From NCBI GenBank assembly GCA_002457555.1, contig NTJQ01000005.1:28335-92334 (forward strand): 64,000 nucleotides of DNA, read 5' to 3'. This stretch comes from Marine Group II euryarchaeote MED-G37. Lineage in GTDB: Archaea; Thermoplasmatota; Poseidoniia; Poseidoniales; Thalassarchaeaceae. Position 1 is the stretch's first letter. Every line of letters begins with the position of its first letter. The notes under the pieces are model-generated. The model had not been told where the DNA came from. It saw only the letters and a program-made list of their open reading frames with translations, and made no database searches. Shown here one piece after another: positions 51,215-60,019 of this stretch. A program made the translations under genes and the position numbers.

Positions 51215-52090
51215 ATGGACTTCCCTGCGCCCACTCTGACGATTCTCGGAACTGCGCAGGACGGTGGAGTGCCTCAAGCAGGATGTGGGTGCTCGAATTG
51301 CATTGCAGCATTCGAAAATCCCAAAAGAATGCGATTTCCAGTGTCTTTGGGAATTAGTGATAACGAGGGGGGAATGCACCTTATTGAAGCGACTAGGGCT
51401 TTGCCGGAACAATTGAAAATATGGGCAAATGCTTGTGGATTAAATAGCCCTGTAAGACCTGACTCGGTATTGCTAACTCATGCCCATTTAGGTCATATCG
51501 AAGGAATTGGTCAATTCGGAAAAGAAGCAATGGGTTGCCAAAATCTTACACTTGTGGCTAGTGACTCAGTGGCTTCAATTCTTCAAAAAAGAAACCTGAT
51601 GAATCCATTTGTTAGAGCCGATTTTACTTCAGATAGCGAACCTAACTTAGAACAAGGGAGAGTTAGGTTTGATTTCATACCAGTTCCGCACAGAGATGAT
51701 ACTTCAGACACTCATGCAATTCTAATATCTGGAGAAAAAAAAAGAGTATTGTTTCTTCCTGATCATGATGATTGGGAACAGACATTGGAATCCGTTGGAT
51801 ATTCAACCCCAAATGATTGGTTTCAGGCTCTAGGAGCCACTCATGTTCTCCTAGATGCAACCTTTTGGAATGGAGATGAATTATCCGGTCGCGACATGAG
51901 AGATGTGCCACATCCCACCGTTGAAGAAACTCTTGCAAGAGTTCAGGATGGAGCATTGGGAGGCCCTGAGATAATACTGATTCACCTAAACCATACGAAT
52001 CCACTCAATAATCCGGATAGCCCTCAATCTCGCATGATTGAAGTCGCCGGCCATCGTATTGGCAGGAGAGGCTGGAGAATTGAGTTGTAG
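51215..52090 (+). CDS. Metallo-beta-lactamase fold hydrolase, PqqB-like
   Basis: LGTAQDGGVPQAGCGC, LTHAHLGH, VPHRD, IHLNHTNP; no other pqq genes nearby. Confidence 0.82.
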   Translation: MDFPAPTLTILGTAQDGGVPQAGCGCSNCIAAFENPKRMRFPVSLGISDNEGGMHLIEATRALPEQLKIWANACGLNSPVRPDSVLLTHAHLGHIEGIGQFGKEAMGCQNLTLVASDSVASILQKRNLMNPFVRADFTSDSEPNLEQGRVRFDFIPVPHRDDTSDTHAILISGEKKRVLFLPDHDDWEQTLESVGYSTPNDWFQALGATHVLLDATFWNGDELSGRDMRDVPHPTVEETLARVQDGALGGPEIILIHLNHTNPLNNPDSPQSRMIEVAGHRIGRRGWRIEL

Positions 52091-52134
52091 GGTCAAATAC
52101 TGATGCTTATTTGTAATGGGCTCAACGCACGCTC

Positions 52135-52569
52135 ATGCAACTGTCTGGGACAGTCACCAGTGGGCTTGGGCGCGCTCATGTTTTCATGGCTCAGAGTCAC
52201 TATCAAGAGCAGTTCAAGACGGTATTAGGATCTGGCGCTTGGCCGGGAACTCTGAATGTAGATATTCTAGACGAGGATATTAGCATCTATAGAGAATTGA
52301 GAATCCTAGCAGGGTTAGACGAAGGTGAAACTTCAGCAAATATAGAATCAATTAGAATCGCTGGATTTGAGCGGGATGGTCGGTCTTTTGGTGGTGCTAC
52401 TGCCTTCCCTGCAAGCATTTCATCAGATGGTGAAAATTGGATAGAATGTGCGATTCTTATCCCTGATTTAACTCGACATACAAAAACAGCAGAGGTGATT
52501 TCGAGTGCCTTTCTGCGTGAAAGATTACCTTGCTCTGATGACGAAATGGTTACTTTACGTCTTGGATGA
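52135..52569 (+). CDS. ribK: CTP-dependent riboflavin kinase (archaeal), no HTH domain
   Basis: GTVTSGLG, WPGTLN, EVIS..FLRERL. Confidence 0.88.
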   Translation: MQLSGTVTSGLGRAHVFMAQSHYQEQFKTVLGSGAWPGTLNVDILDEDISIYRELRILAGLDEGETSANIESIRIAGFERDGRSFGGATAFPASISSDGENWIECAILIPDLTRHTKTAEVISSAFLRERLPCSDDEMVTLRLG

Positions 52570-53431
52570 GTCTCAGCCACTCTCTCTCTAAGATTGAACT
52601 ATTTTCCATTCTTGCTAAGTTCAACCATTGCTTGTGAGCTCTTTTTCCCTCTGGTGGCATACTTATCCCCTCAATGAGTTCTAGATTCTCAAACTTATGA
52701 GAGAATTCAGAGTGCCCAAGTGACCACAGAATGAGGCCATCGGCCGGTGCTAGCCCCAGGTCGAATGGGACACTGGGATTGTCCAAAGCCTGCGTAATGG
52801 TATCCAACCGAATATCTTTCTTTACAAATCTATGAAGCGCTGAAGCCATTCGACGGATTTGATTCCAGAGGAATGAATCCGCAACTACTGTGAATCCTAC
52901 CACGCGACCGGAATCATCCTGCCAAGGTTGGCAGGATTCAATAATTCGAATCGGACTTCTTTTGGGATCTAGTCTACAGAAATTGGTGAAATCATGTTGG
53001 CCTACAAAGAGATTACAGGCACTCTTTAACTCATCAAATTCTAACTCTTTAGGCCAACTGGGAATCATGTCGCAACGATAGAAATAAAGCCTTTTTTCAG
53101 CGATTCTCGACCTTGTCCCCTCGGGTACTCTACAAGCTTTCCATACCACTAAGTCTTCTGGTAAATGATCATTTAATGCGGAAACCAATGACTTCTCGTC
53201 GATAATTTTAGCAATTTTATTTGGAAGCATAATTGTTGCCAAATTCATCCTTACGCTAACCCCTGAATCAGTCCTACTCGACATCTCAAGACAGGATTCA
53301 CTCCACCACCCTAATTTCTCAATAGCTCCCTTAATTTCACCTTGAACCGTTCGAACATCCGGCTGAATTTGTGAACCGTGAAATTTAGCACCGTGATAGC
53401 CAAAGGCGACCATCATAAGGTCGCTATCCAC
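52550..53431 (-). CDS. truA: tRNA pseudouridine(38-40) synthase TruA
   Basis: YHGAKFHGSQIQPDVRTVQG, RTD, GQHDFTNF, SFLWNQIRRM, APADGL. Confidence 0.9.
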   Translation of the reverse strand: MDSDLMMVAFGYHGAKFHGSQIQPDVRTVQGEIKGAIEKLGWWSESCLEMSSRTDSGVSVRMNLATIMLPNKIAKIIDEKSLVSALNDHLPEDLVVWKACRVPEGTRSRIAEKRLYFYRCDMIPSWPKELEFDELKSACNLFVGQHDFTNFCRLDPKRSPIRIIESCQPWQDDSGRVVGFTVVADSFLWNQIRRMASALHRFVKKDIRLDTITQALDNPSVPFDLGLAPADGLILWSLGHSEFSHKFENLELIEGISMPPEGKRAHKQWLNLARMENSSILEREWLRLIQDVK

Positions 53432-53443
53432 GCCGAACCCTCT

Positions 53444-53992
53444 TCACTCTTCTAGTCCAAGGTACTCAATTGCCTCTTCAGCAGAGGAAAATCCTAGACC
53501 TAACAGTGCAAAGGTCACTGCCTCGGAAATATACTGTCTGGCAATTGGTGCACTTCTATCGAAGTTGGTTTTGAGATCGATTGCCTCAATTAACCCTCTT
53601 GCGGCCTCATAGAGGTGGAAAGAGACATCAGTTTCGTCGGATTCCTTTCCGATTTCTACTAACTTGTGTAATTGTCTGACAGCCATTGGAATTCTGTCGA
53701 ATTCTACCAAAGCATTGGCATATGCAGCATTGTAATCCGCATTATCAGGAGCCATACTAGCCGCTCTACGGAAATATGCATTGATTTGACCCTCGTTAAT
53801 CCGGTCATTTCCCTTGTCATCGAGGTTCCCATTTTCTTGGATATCAAACAAAGCAGCTTCCGCCCAGCCGTGGTAACCGGTTGGGTCGTCAGGGTTAGAA
53901 TCGATGTACACCTCGAATACCCCCATAGCGCCAGCATAGTCTCCGCTAGTAATCAGTTGAGCCGCCTGTGTAACTATCTCGTCTGCACTCAT
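53444..53992 (-). CDS. TPR-like helical repeat protein
   Basis: TPR-like patterns (GDYAGA...NPDD; FRRAASMAPDNADYNAAYA); ATG 53992 preferred (ORF track 54022). Confidence 0.65.
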   Translation of the reverse strand: MSADEIVTQAAQLITSGDYAGAMGVFEVYIDSNPDDPTGYHGWAEAALFDIQENGNLDDKGNDRINEGQINAYFRRAASMAPDNADYNAAYANALVEFDRIPMAVRQLHKLVEIGKESDETDVSFHLYEAARGLIEAIDLKTNFDRSAPIARQYISEAVTFALLGLGFSSAEEAIEYLGLEE

Positions 53993-54068
53993 CTCTATTC
54001 CTCGTGTGACTCTCACTGTCATACCTGTTATGAACGGTGCGGCGTAGACCTTCCTGAATTGTCAGTGA

Positions 54069-55271
54069 TTAGTTCAGTATGCCCCAAGAATGTTCTGCAT
54101 TGCCCCTAATCCACTCATAATCATCCATAGAACGCAACCCCTCCTCATCTAATATTGCAATCTTTTCTACCTCAAGGGGATATTCATTATAGGTCAAATG
54201 ACTAACAAAACCAGCTCGGGTGGGCTGGTCGAAAACCCATCTTGCACGAGATGTTGCACGTACGTGAAGAGATACTTGAGTCCTCCCATTCCATACTTTA
54301 ATTTTGAAACTAGGGAGTAAATTACCTTGCTCATCTCTTAGGGCATTTTCACCTTCTTGACGTTCTAATTCAACAGTGCAACGCTTGAAATTCTCAGTTC
54401 TATTTCTTTTTGCGTCATGGAATAATCCAGAACCAATCTTTGGTGTACGGAAGAAATCACGCATTGACCAAGGTGTGTCATCTTTCATTGTAAATGAAGG
54501 TGAAACATGAGGCATGAACCAATCGAGATACGACCCGTCATCGAAATGTAACATACCCCAAAACCAAGGTAAGCTAGGTGCTTGTACGCCTACCTTCTGA
54601 ATATACGCAGAACCCTCTACTTCATCCCCATCAATATTCAATTTCGCTTTCATACCATGCACTCTTTGAATATCATAACCCATATTCAAACCAAAGACAT
54701 TATTCTTGTATTTCGCGGTACTTGGGCGCTCCCACCATGGAGTCATTTCCACACTGAAATCTTTAGGGGCGCCCTCTGCCACTTTTTCTTGGTCGCTAGA
54801 TAGATTTAGCCAGAAAGAACGGCGGCCAGTGCGCAATCCAAAAGAGAGATCTTCAGAAGTCAAAGGGACTACTGCTCCGGCGCCCTGCCCTGGCTCCCCT
54901 GCCTCTTCAGGCCAAAGTGGATGATTATCATCCACCGACGCCATGCGACATTCCTTCATTAGTAGTGGTTCAAACATTTTTTCGCCGTCATACCACCATG
55001 CACAAACCATGCCTGACATTACACTACCGCCATCATCGTCGACCAACATCGTTGCCTTTGGTATCCACCAGTGGCCGCTAACTCTGATCGCAGGTGTTTC
55101 CTTTGAAGACCATAGTACCATCAATTGCCTCGACCGTTCTGGATGGATTGGGTCTGGAACTATAACCAATACCCACCACCACCACCAAGAAAGACGATTG
55201 ATAGGAGGTAGTACGTCAAAACGCCAAAATTTACTGAAGTCACCCTCTATTTTTTCCATACAGAAGGCCAC
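54069..55271 (-). CDS. Trp-rich hypothetical protein, possibly tocopherol cyclase/CrtC-like beta fold
   Basis: WWWWWV, GSAYIQKV, PWFWG, GNAEHSWG; last gene of the ABC-2 operon. Confidence 0.5.
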   Translation of the reverse strand: MAFCMEKIEGDFSKFWRFDVLPPINRLSWWWWWVLVIVPDPIHPERSRQLMVLWSSKETPAIRVSGHWWIPKATMLVDDDGGSVMSGMVCAWWYDGEKMFEPLLMKECRMASVDDNHPLWPEEAGEPGQGAGAVVPLTSEDLSFGLRTGRRSFWLNLSSDQEKVAEGAPKDFSVEMTPWWERPSTAKYKNNVFGLNMGYDIQRVHGMKAKLNIDGDEVEGSAYIQKVGVQAPSLPWFWGMLHFDDGSYLDWFMPHVSPSFTMKDDTPWSMRDFFRTPKIGSGLFHDAKRNRTENFKRCTVELERQEGENALRDEQGNLLPSFKIKVWNGRTQVSLHVRATSRARWVFDQPTRAGFVSHLTYNEYPLEVEKIAILDEEGLRSMDDYEWIRGNAEHSWGILN

Positions 55272-55280
55272 CTCCTAAGC

Positions 55281-56933
55281 TCACATTATCTCTCGACGCT
55301 TGAATTGACGCTGTCCAAATAGAATCATCAATGAAGTAATCAAAAACAATACAATTACCGAAATTAATCCTGAAACAAATGGACTCTCAGTTCCGAGTGT
55401 ATGCGCAGGAGGATTCCAAAAAGCCGTTATCCCAGAGGGCAGATTAAAGGCGTCTGCAATAATGTGCATTTCAATGGTGTTTGGCCAAACGATTAGCACA
55501 ATTGAGTCGATTAATTGTAAAGTCCAGTGAGAGACTGAAAGTACTGGGATAAGTTCTGCACCGCCCAGTGTAAGTACCGCCATAACAAATTCATACACCC
55601 CAATAACCAGTGCAATGTATACACCGTATCTTGAGGATAGTAGTCCGAGTGTGTTGAAAATCGCCCCATAGGCTGCAAGAGCGAGGATAGTAGCGAAGGC
55701 TATACCTAACCAGACAATTACATCTTTTAATCTGAATATCGAATCGCCGGGCCCAAGTGAGGCTGTAACCAACCCCATCAATAGCGACATAATTAGAACA
55801 AATCCACCAGCGACTACAAGATAGCCTAGGATTCTGTAAATGATGAATTCTCCACGGTGAATCGGCTTAGAAAGAAGATAATGCAGAGTACCATTCTCTG
55901 TTTCGTCTCTGACTAACCCCAACGCTAAGAAGAGGGGTAAGAAAATTCCAAGAATCATCACGAAAGCAATCTTTCCAGTTCCGATGATGAAGGCCCGATG
56001 CGCATCCTCGTAAGCCAAATTTTCTTCGCTTGGATCCTCATCAACATTATTGTCAGGATTTATTGCTATAATATTTCCATCTGAATCAGTAATCCATTCG
56101 ACATCACAATCAACACCATTTCTATTACCATCTGGGTCATGACGCTCCCAATTACCCCAAATATCCCACTCTGGGGTTGATTCATCAGGCCAACCGACTC
56201 TTAAACAGTCACCATCATCATCAAATCCATTTATTTTGTTTGGATCTCCTGTCCAATCTATGTCATCCTCATCGATATAATTTGATGCAGGTTCCGGTTC
56301 AACATCGAATGAGTCCTCCATATACCCCCACTCAGCATAATATCCTTCTTGGACTCTAAATGTACCATTGCCTATGAATGAAGCATCATAAACCACTAGA
56401 CGATTTTCTTCCAACCTACAGCCATCTCCCCAATCCAGCCAGAAGTCTTCAAAGAGTTCTCCTTCGGGGCATTCTGATAATGATTGAATCTCCAACATTT
56501 CTCCACCTATTGGATTTTCATCAATCCAGTTGTAAGTGAAAACACCAGTGGCCCATCTCCAAGTATGATTACCCGAATATAGCCCTACACTACCCCACTC
56601 AAATGAGCCTTCTTCCACAAATTCTCCCGAACCCGGGAAAGAATATCCATCCATGGGGTCTGAACCATACTTGTATTCCTGACCTGCGGGGTAACCATCT
56701 CCATCCCAATCGTGAGAATCATTGTCATTGTCGATTGGCTCCCAACCATCCCTTACTCCTCCGATAAACAATGCAAGTAAGCAAATTAGCAATAGGAAAC
56801 CAACGCCCAAAACCACCCACGTCGAAAGACGATGTCTTAATTGACGGATTGTGAGTTCTGTAATTGCTCCAGCCTTTCTATCTAGTCTAGTCCATACCGT
56901 CTCTGCGAGACCCCTACCTTGTCTATCCATCAT
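55281..56933 (-). CDS. ABC-2 type transporter permease with a large acidic extracellular insertion
   Basis: VRDETENGTLHYLLSKPIHR; DxDxDG-type motifs in a roughly 260-aa loop. Confidence 0.85.
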   Translation of the reverse strand: MMDRQGRGLAETVWTRLDRKAGAITELTIRQLRHRLSTWVVLGVGFLLLICLLALFIGGVRDGWEPIDNDNDSHDWDGDGYPAGQEYKYGSDPMDGYSFPGSGEFVEEGSFEWGSVGLYSGNHTWRWATGVFTYNWIDENPIGGEMLEIQSLSECPEGELFEDFWLDWGDGCRLEENRLVVYDASFIGNGTFRVQEGYYAEWGYMEDSFDVEPEPASNYIDEDDIDWTGDPNKINGFDDDGDCLRVGWPDESTPEWDIWGNWERHDPDGNRNGVDCDVEWITDSDGNIIAINPDNNVDEDPSEENLAYEDAHRAFIIGTGKIAFVMILGIFLPLFLALGLVRDETENGTLHYLLSKPIHRGEFIIYRILGYLVVAGGFVLIMSLLMGLVTASLGPGDSIFRLKDVIVWLGIAFATILALAAYGAIFNTLGLLSSRYGVYIALVIGVYEFVMAVLTLGGAELIPVLSVSHWTLQLIDSIVLIVWPNTIEMHIIADAFNLPSGITAFWNPPAHTLGTESPFVSGLISVIVLFLITSLMILFGQRQFKRREIM

Positions 56934-57871
56934 GAAGCACCACCTACAAGATACCCTAGTAAGGCCTCTAAATTATCATCAGGATTCTCAATAGAGGTAA
57001 TTTTCAATCCTGAATCAACTATCACCCTTGGTAGCACTTCATGTGCCGCAGAAAGGTCATTGGTCAAGACCTCCAATGCACCATCTTCAGCAAATCTTAC
57101 TCCATATACTGGATCTTCAGGGACGAAGTATTCTGCTAGTTTTCTTGGATTTTCAGTTCGAATCAGGATTCTATGTGGATGTTTGTCCAGCAAATCACGA
57201 ATTGCATGAAGATTCCCTAGGGCTAGTAATCTCCCATTATGAAGAATGACAATTTGCTCGGTAATTCTCTCAATTTCATCTAGTATGTGGCTTGATACTA
57301 AGACTGTTTTTCCTTGTCTGCCCAAATCACGAATCACGCTCATAATGCTGGTTCTGGCTATTGGATCGCAACCATGTAAGGGCTCATCGAGGATAATCAA
57401 ATCTGGGTCATGAACCAAAGCATGAGCAATTTTTACCCTCTGTCTCATACCTTTGCTGTACTTGCCGATTTCTTTGTTTTGAACATCAGAAAGACCAACG
57501 AAATCAAGTACGTGTGACGCTCTATCACTCGCCTCTTCTCTGGTCATACCATGAAGACGGGCTAAAGTGGAAACGAAGTCATGGCCGGTCATCCAATCAT
57601 ACAACTTTTCAGTTTCAGCAACATAACCCACTCTGCGATAAGGAGAGGTGCTAACCCAAGGGTCCACGCCAAATAGACGAACATTTCCGCTACTGGGTTT
57701 TAACCGCCCCATTAGTAGTTTGAAGAGAGTGGATTTTCCTGCCCCGTTTGGTCCTAGAATACCTGTAACTCCTCCATCTATTGCTAGAGATACATCATTG
57801 ATTCCAATAACCTGGCCATACCACTTTGAGCATTTTTCCAGTAGCACTGCGGGAGTAGCTTTGGTGCTCAT
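56930..57871 (-). CDS. ABC transporter ATP-binding protein
   Basis: GPNGAGKS, YSKGMRQR, ILDEP, SSH. Confidence 0.93.
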   Translation of the reverse strand: MSTKATPAVLLEKCSKWYGQVIGINDVSLAIDGGVTGILGPNGAGKSTLFKLLMGRLKPSSGNVRLFGVDPWVSTSPYRRVGYVAETEKLYDWMTGHDFVSTLARLHGMTREEASDRASHVLDFVGLSDVQNKEIGKYSKGMRQRVKIAHALVHDPDLIILDEPLHGCDPIARTSIMSVIRDLGRQGKTVLVSSHILDEIERITEQIVILHNGRLLALGNLHAIRDLLDKHPHRILIRTENPRKLAEYFVPEDPVYGVRFAEDGALEVLTNDLSAAHEVLPRVIVDSGLKITSIENPDDNLEALLGYLVGGAS

Positions 57872-58947
57872 TCTCGGGTCACCTCCAGTGAACGTACTCT
57901 AGTTACGAGTAAACCGATTGAGGCGGCGTTGTAAAGCAAAATCGAAATTATTGACAGTGCCAATGAATGCTCATAATTTGCAGGAATCCCCACAAGCCAT
58001 TGACCTAAGTGTGCAAGAGAATCATACGGGCTCAAAATGTAGAACACGGTGGTTTGAAAAATTAATTCAATCATTAGAGCGACTACTTTGGTTCCAAAAA
58101 TAATGGCTAGGAAGCCAATCGCGGCAAAGAAGCGGCTCTGGCTAACGCTTGATAGAGCCATGCCGATTGAAGTGTAAGTAATTACCAATAGAATACCTGC
58201 GAGTAATCCCCCAAGGAATATTGGAAGTGTATCGATTAGGTAAGCCCAACCTTCCCCATTGAACACAATTGCAGAAGTGTAGTAGAGCATGTAGGAAAAT
58301 ACTATCACAAATCCAAGAACAACTGCAGATGATAGATATTTCATCGCGGTATAATCTGCTCTAGTAACCGGGCGCGAGAAGTAAATCGCACTAGTACCAT
58401 TCTTTCTATCATCAGAGATCATGCCACCGACCACTAATGCAGTTAGTAATGGCCACATACAGAGATTTCTGGGGAAGTAACCCAAAACCTGCCCCCACAG
58501 GTTGTATCGATTGACCCCCCACATACGATTAAGCCAATCAGAACCTTCCCCTCCGGAAATTGTCACTGAAAGGAAAATCATTGCAATTGGAGTCAGAGAG
58601 GTTAGAAAAATTACCAATATTGAAAGTCGAACAAATGGATTATAATGACGATGACCTTTACCTCTGAAGATACCATATACATGATGTCTGAATATAGCGT
58701 AATTCCGAACCCAACGTGGACCTAGTTCTCCATTCCAAGGGCGATAAATTTGCTCATAAAGAACACCCATCGAGGCTTTACGAGCAACGATTGCCTTGGC
58801 ATCATCATCTCCATCACCGGCCCCGTAAGCGACTTCCATACGAGTCTGACCTAACTCGGTATCAGTTGATGTTGAAGTTTGGTTTTCCGGAAGTCCCTGA
58901 TCTGGTAGATCATCTGTTTTGGGTTCTTCTGCAGACACCTTAGTCAA
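57868..58947 (-). CDS. ABC-2 type transporter permease
   Basis: ISDDRKNGTSAIYFSRPVTR; 6 TMs. Confidence 0.85.
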   Translation of the reverse strand: MTKVSAEEPKTDDLPDQGLPENQTSTSTDTELGQTRMEVAYGAGDGDDDAKAIVARKASMGVLYEQIYRPWNGELGPRWVRNYAIFRHHVYGIFRGKGHRHYNPFVRLSILVIFLTSLTPIAMIFLSVTISGGEGSDWLNRMWGVNRYNLWGQVLGYFPRNLCMWPLLTALVVGGMISDDRKNGTSAIYFSRPVTRADYTAMKYLSSAVVLGFVIVFSYMLYYTSAIVFNGEGWAYLIDTLPIFLGGLLAGILLVITYTSIGMALSSVSQSRFFAAIGFLAIIFGTKVVALMIELIFQTTVFYILSPYDSLAHLGQWLVGIPANYEHSLALSIISILLYNAASIGLLVTRVRSLEVTRE

Positions 58948-59917
58948 CTCCAGTATGATCTGAAGTCATCAGTTCCGATGTCCCCTTCACTCTAGCTCCT
59001 AATTTGTCCATGATCAGAAGGAAAATATCTTCCAAATCTGGCTCATATTCGCGTAATTCTCTAATTTGGACTTCCGATTTAGCAGCAGTTGAAATGATTC
59101 TATCAATAGTATTCTCATCCTCAATAGTTACCCTCATGACCCTACCCATTCGTCTAACTTTCTGGCCGTTCGAAATCAAGGCTTCCTCCATTTTTGAGGC
59201 GCCCCCCCAAATTACTACCTCTACCTCTCTCTCAATCTGATCTGCAAGGTCGGTAATTGGCCTATTGATGACAATTTGACCCTTGTGAATCAAAACTACT
59301 CTGTCGCATACCTCCTGAACATCATCCATTACGTGGCTCGACATCAGAACTGTGCCACGTCCCTCGTCAACGGTTCTCCTAAGGGTATTCAGCATGAATT
59401 CCCTCGAGCGTTGATCAAGACCGTTTGTTGGTTCATCACAGATTAGAATTTCTGGATCATGAACAATTGCGCAAGCCAATTTTGTCGCTTGTTTCATTCC
59501 TGTACTGAACGATTCAATCTTCCTGTATCTTTGGTCTCTAAGCCCTACATATTCCAATACCTCATGGGCTCTCTGCATCGCTGCAGCAGGATTCATACCG
59601 ATAAGTTCGCCAGCATATCTAACCTGATCAATTGCGTTCAAATCAGGGTCTAGTGAGTCATATTCTGGCATATAGCCAATCCTTGAACGAATAAGGTCTC
59701 CTTGAGTTTTGATGTCATAACCGAGAACGTTACCTTCTCCAGATGTTGTAGTAATCAATCCTAGAATACACTTGAAGAAAGTCGACTTGCCTGCGCCATT
59801 TGGGCCTAAAATTCCAATCGCCCCTCGTGGAATTTGAACATCGACATCGTCTAGGGCGAGGTGGGGGCCGTACATCTTGCGCAAATTACGCGCTTCGATG
59901 ACAAATCCTTCACTCAA
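58940..59917 (-). CDS. ABC transporter ATP-binding protein
   Basis: GPNGAGKS, FSTGMKQ, ICDEPTNGLD, SSH. Confidence 0.93.
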   Translation of the reverse strand: MSEGFVIEARNLRKMYGPHLALDDVDVQIPRGAIGILGPNGAGKSTFFKCILGLITTTSGEGNVLGYDIKTQGDLIRSRIGYMPEYDSLDPDLNAIDQVRYAGELIGMNPAAAMQRAHEVLEYVGLRDQRYRKIESFSTGMKQATKLACAIVHDPEILICDEPTNGLDQRSREFMLNTLRRTVDEGRGTVLMSSHVMDDVQEVCDRVVLIHKGQIVINRPITDLADQIEREVEVVIWGGASKMEEALISNGQKVRRMGRVMRVTIEDENTIDRIISTAAKSEVQIRELREYEPDLEDIFLLIMDKLGARVKGTSELMTSDHTGVD

Positions 59918-60019
59918 AAAACCGTCTCCAGCTGAACGACTCCCTAGGGGAGTCGCCTTGATGTGAGGGCCTGAATCACTTGAATGAATCCCCGTCGCAA
60001 TTGTAATTGCACCGTAGAA

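Noticed and set aside
51215-52090. PQQ biosynthesis locus
   Set aside because: Only a PqqB-like fold is present; no pqqA/C/D/E nearby
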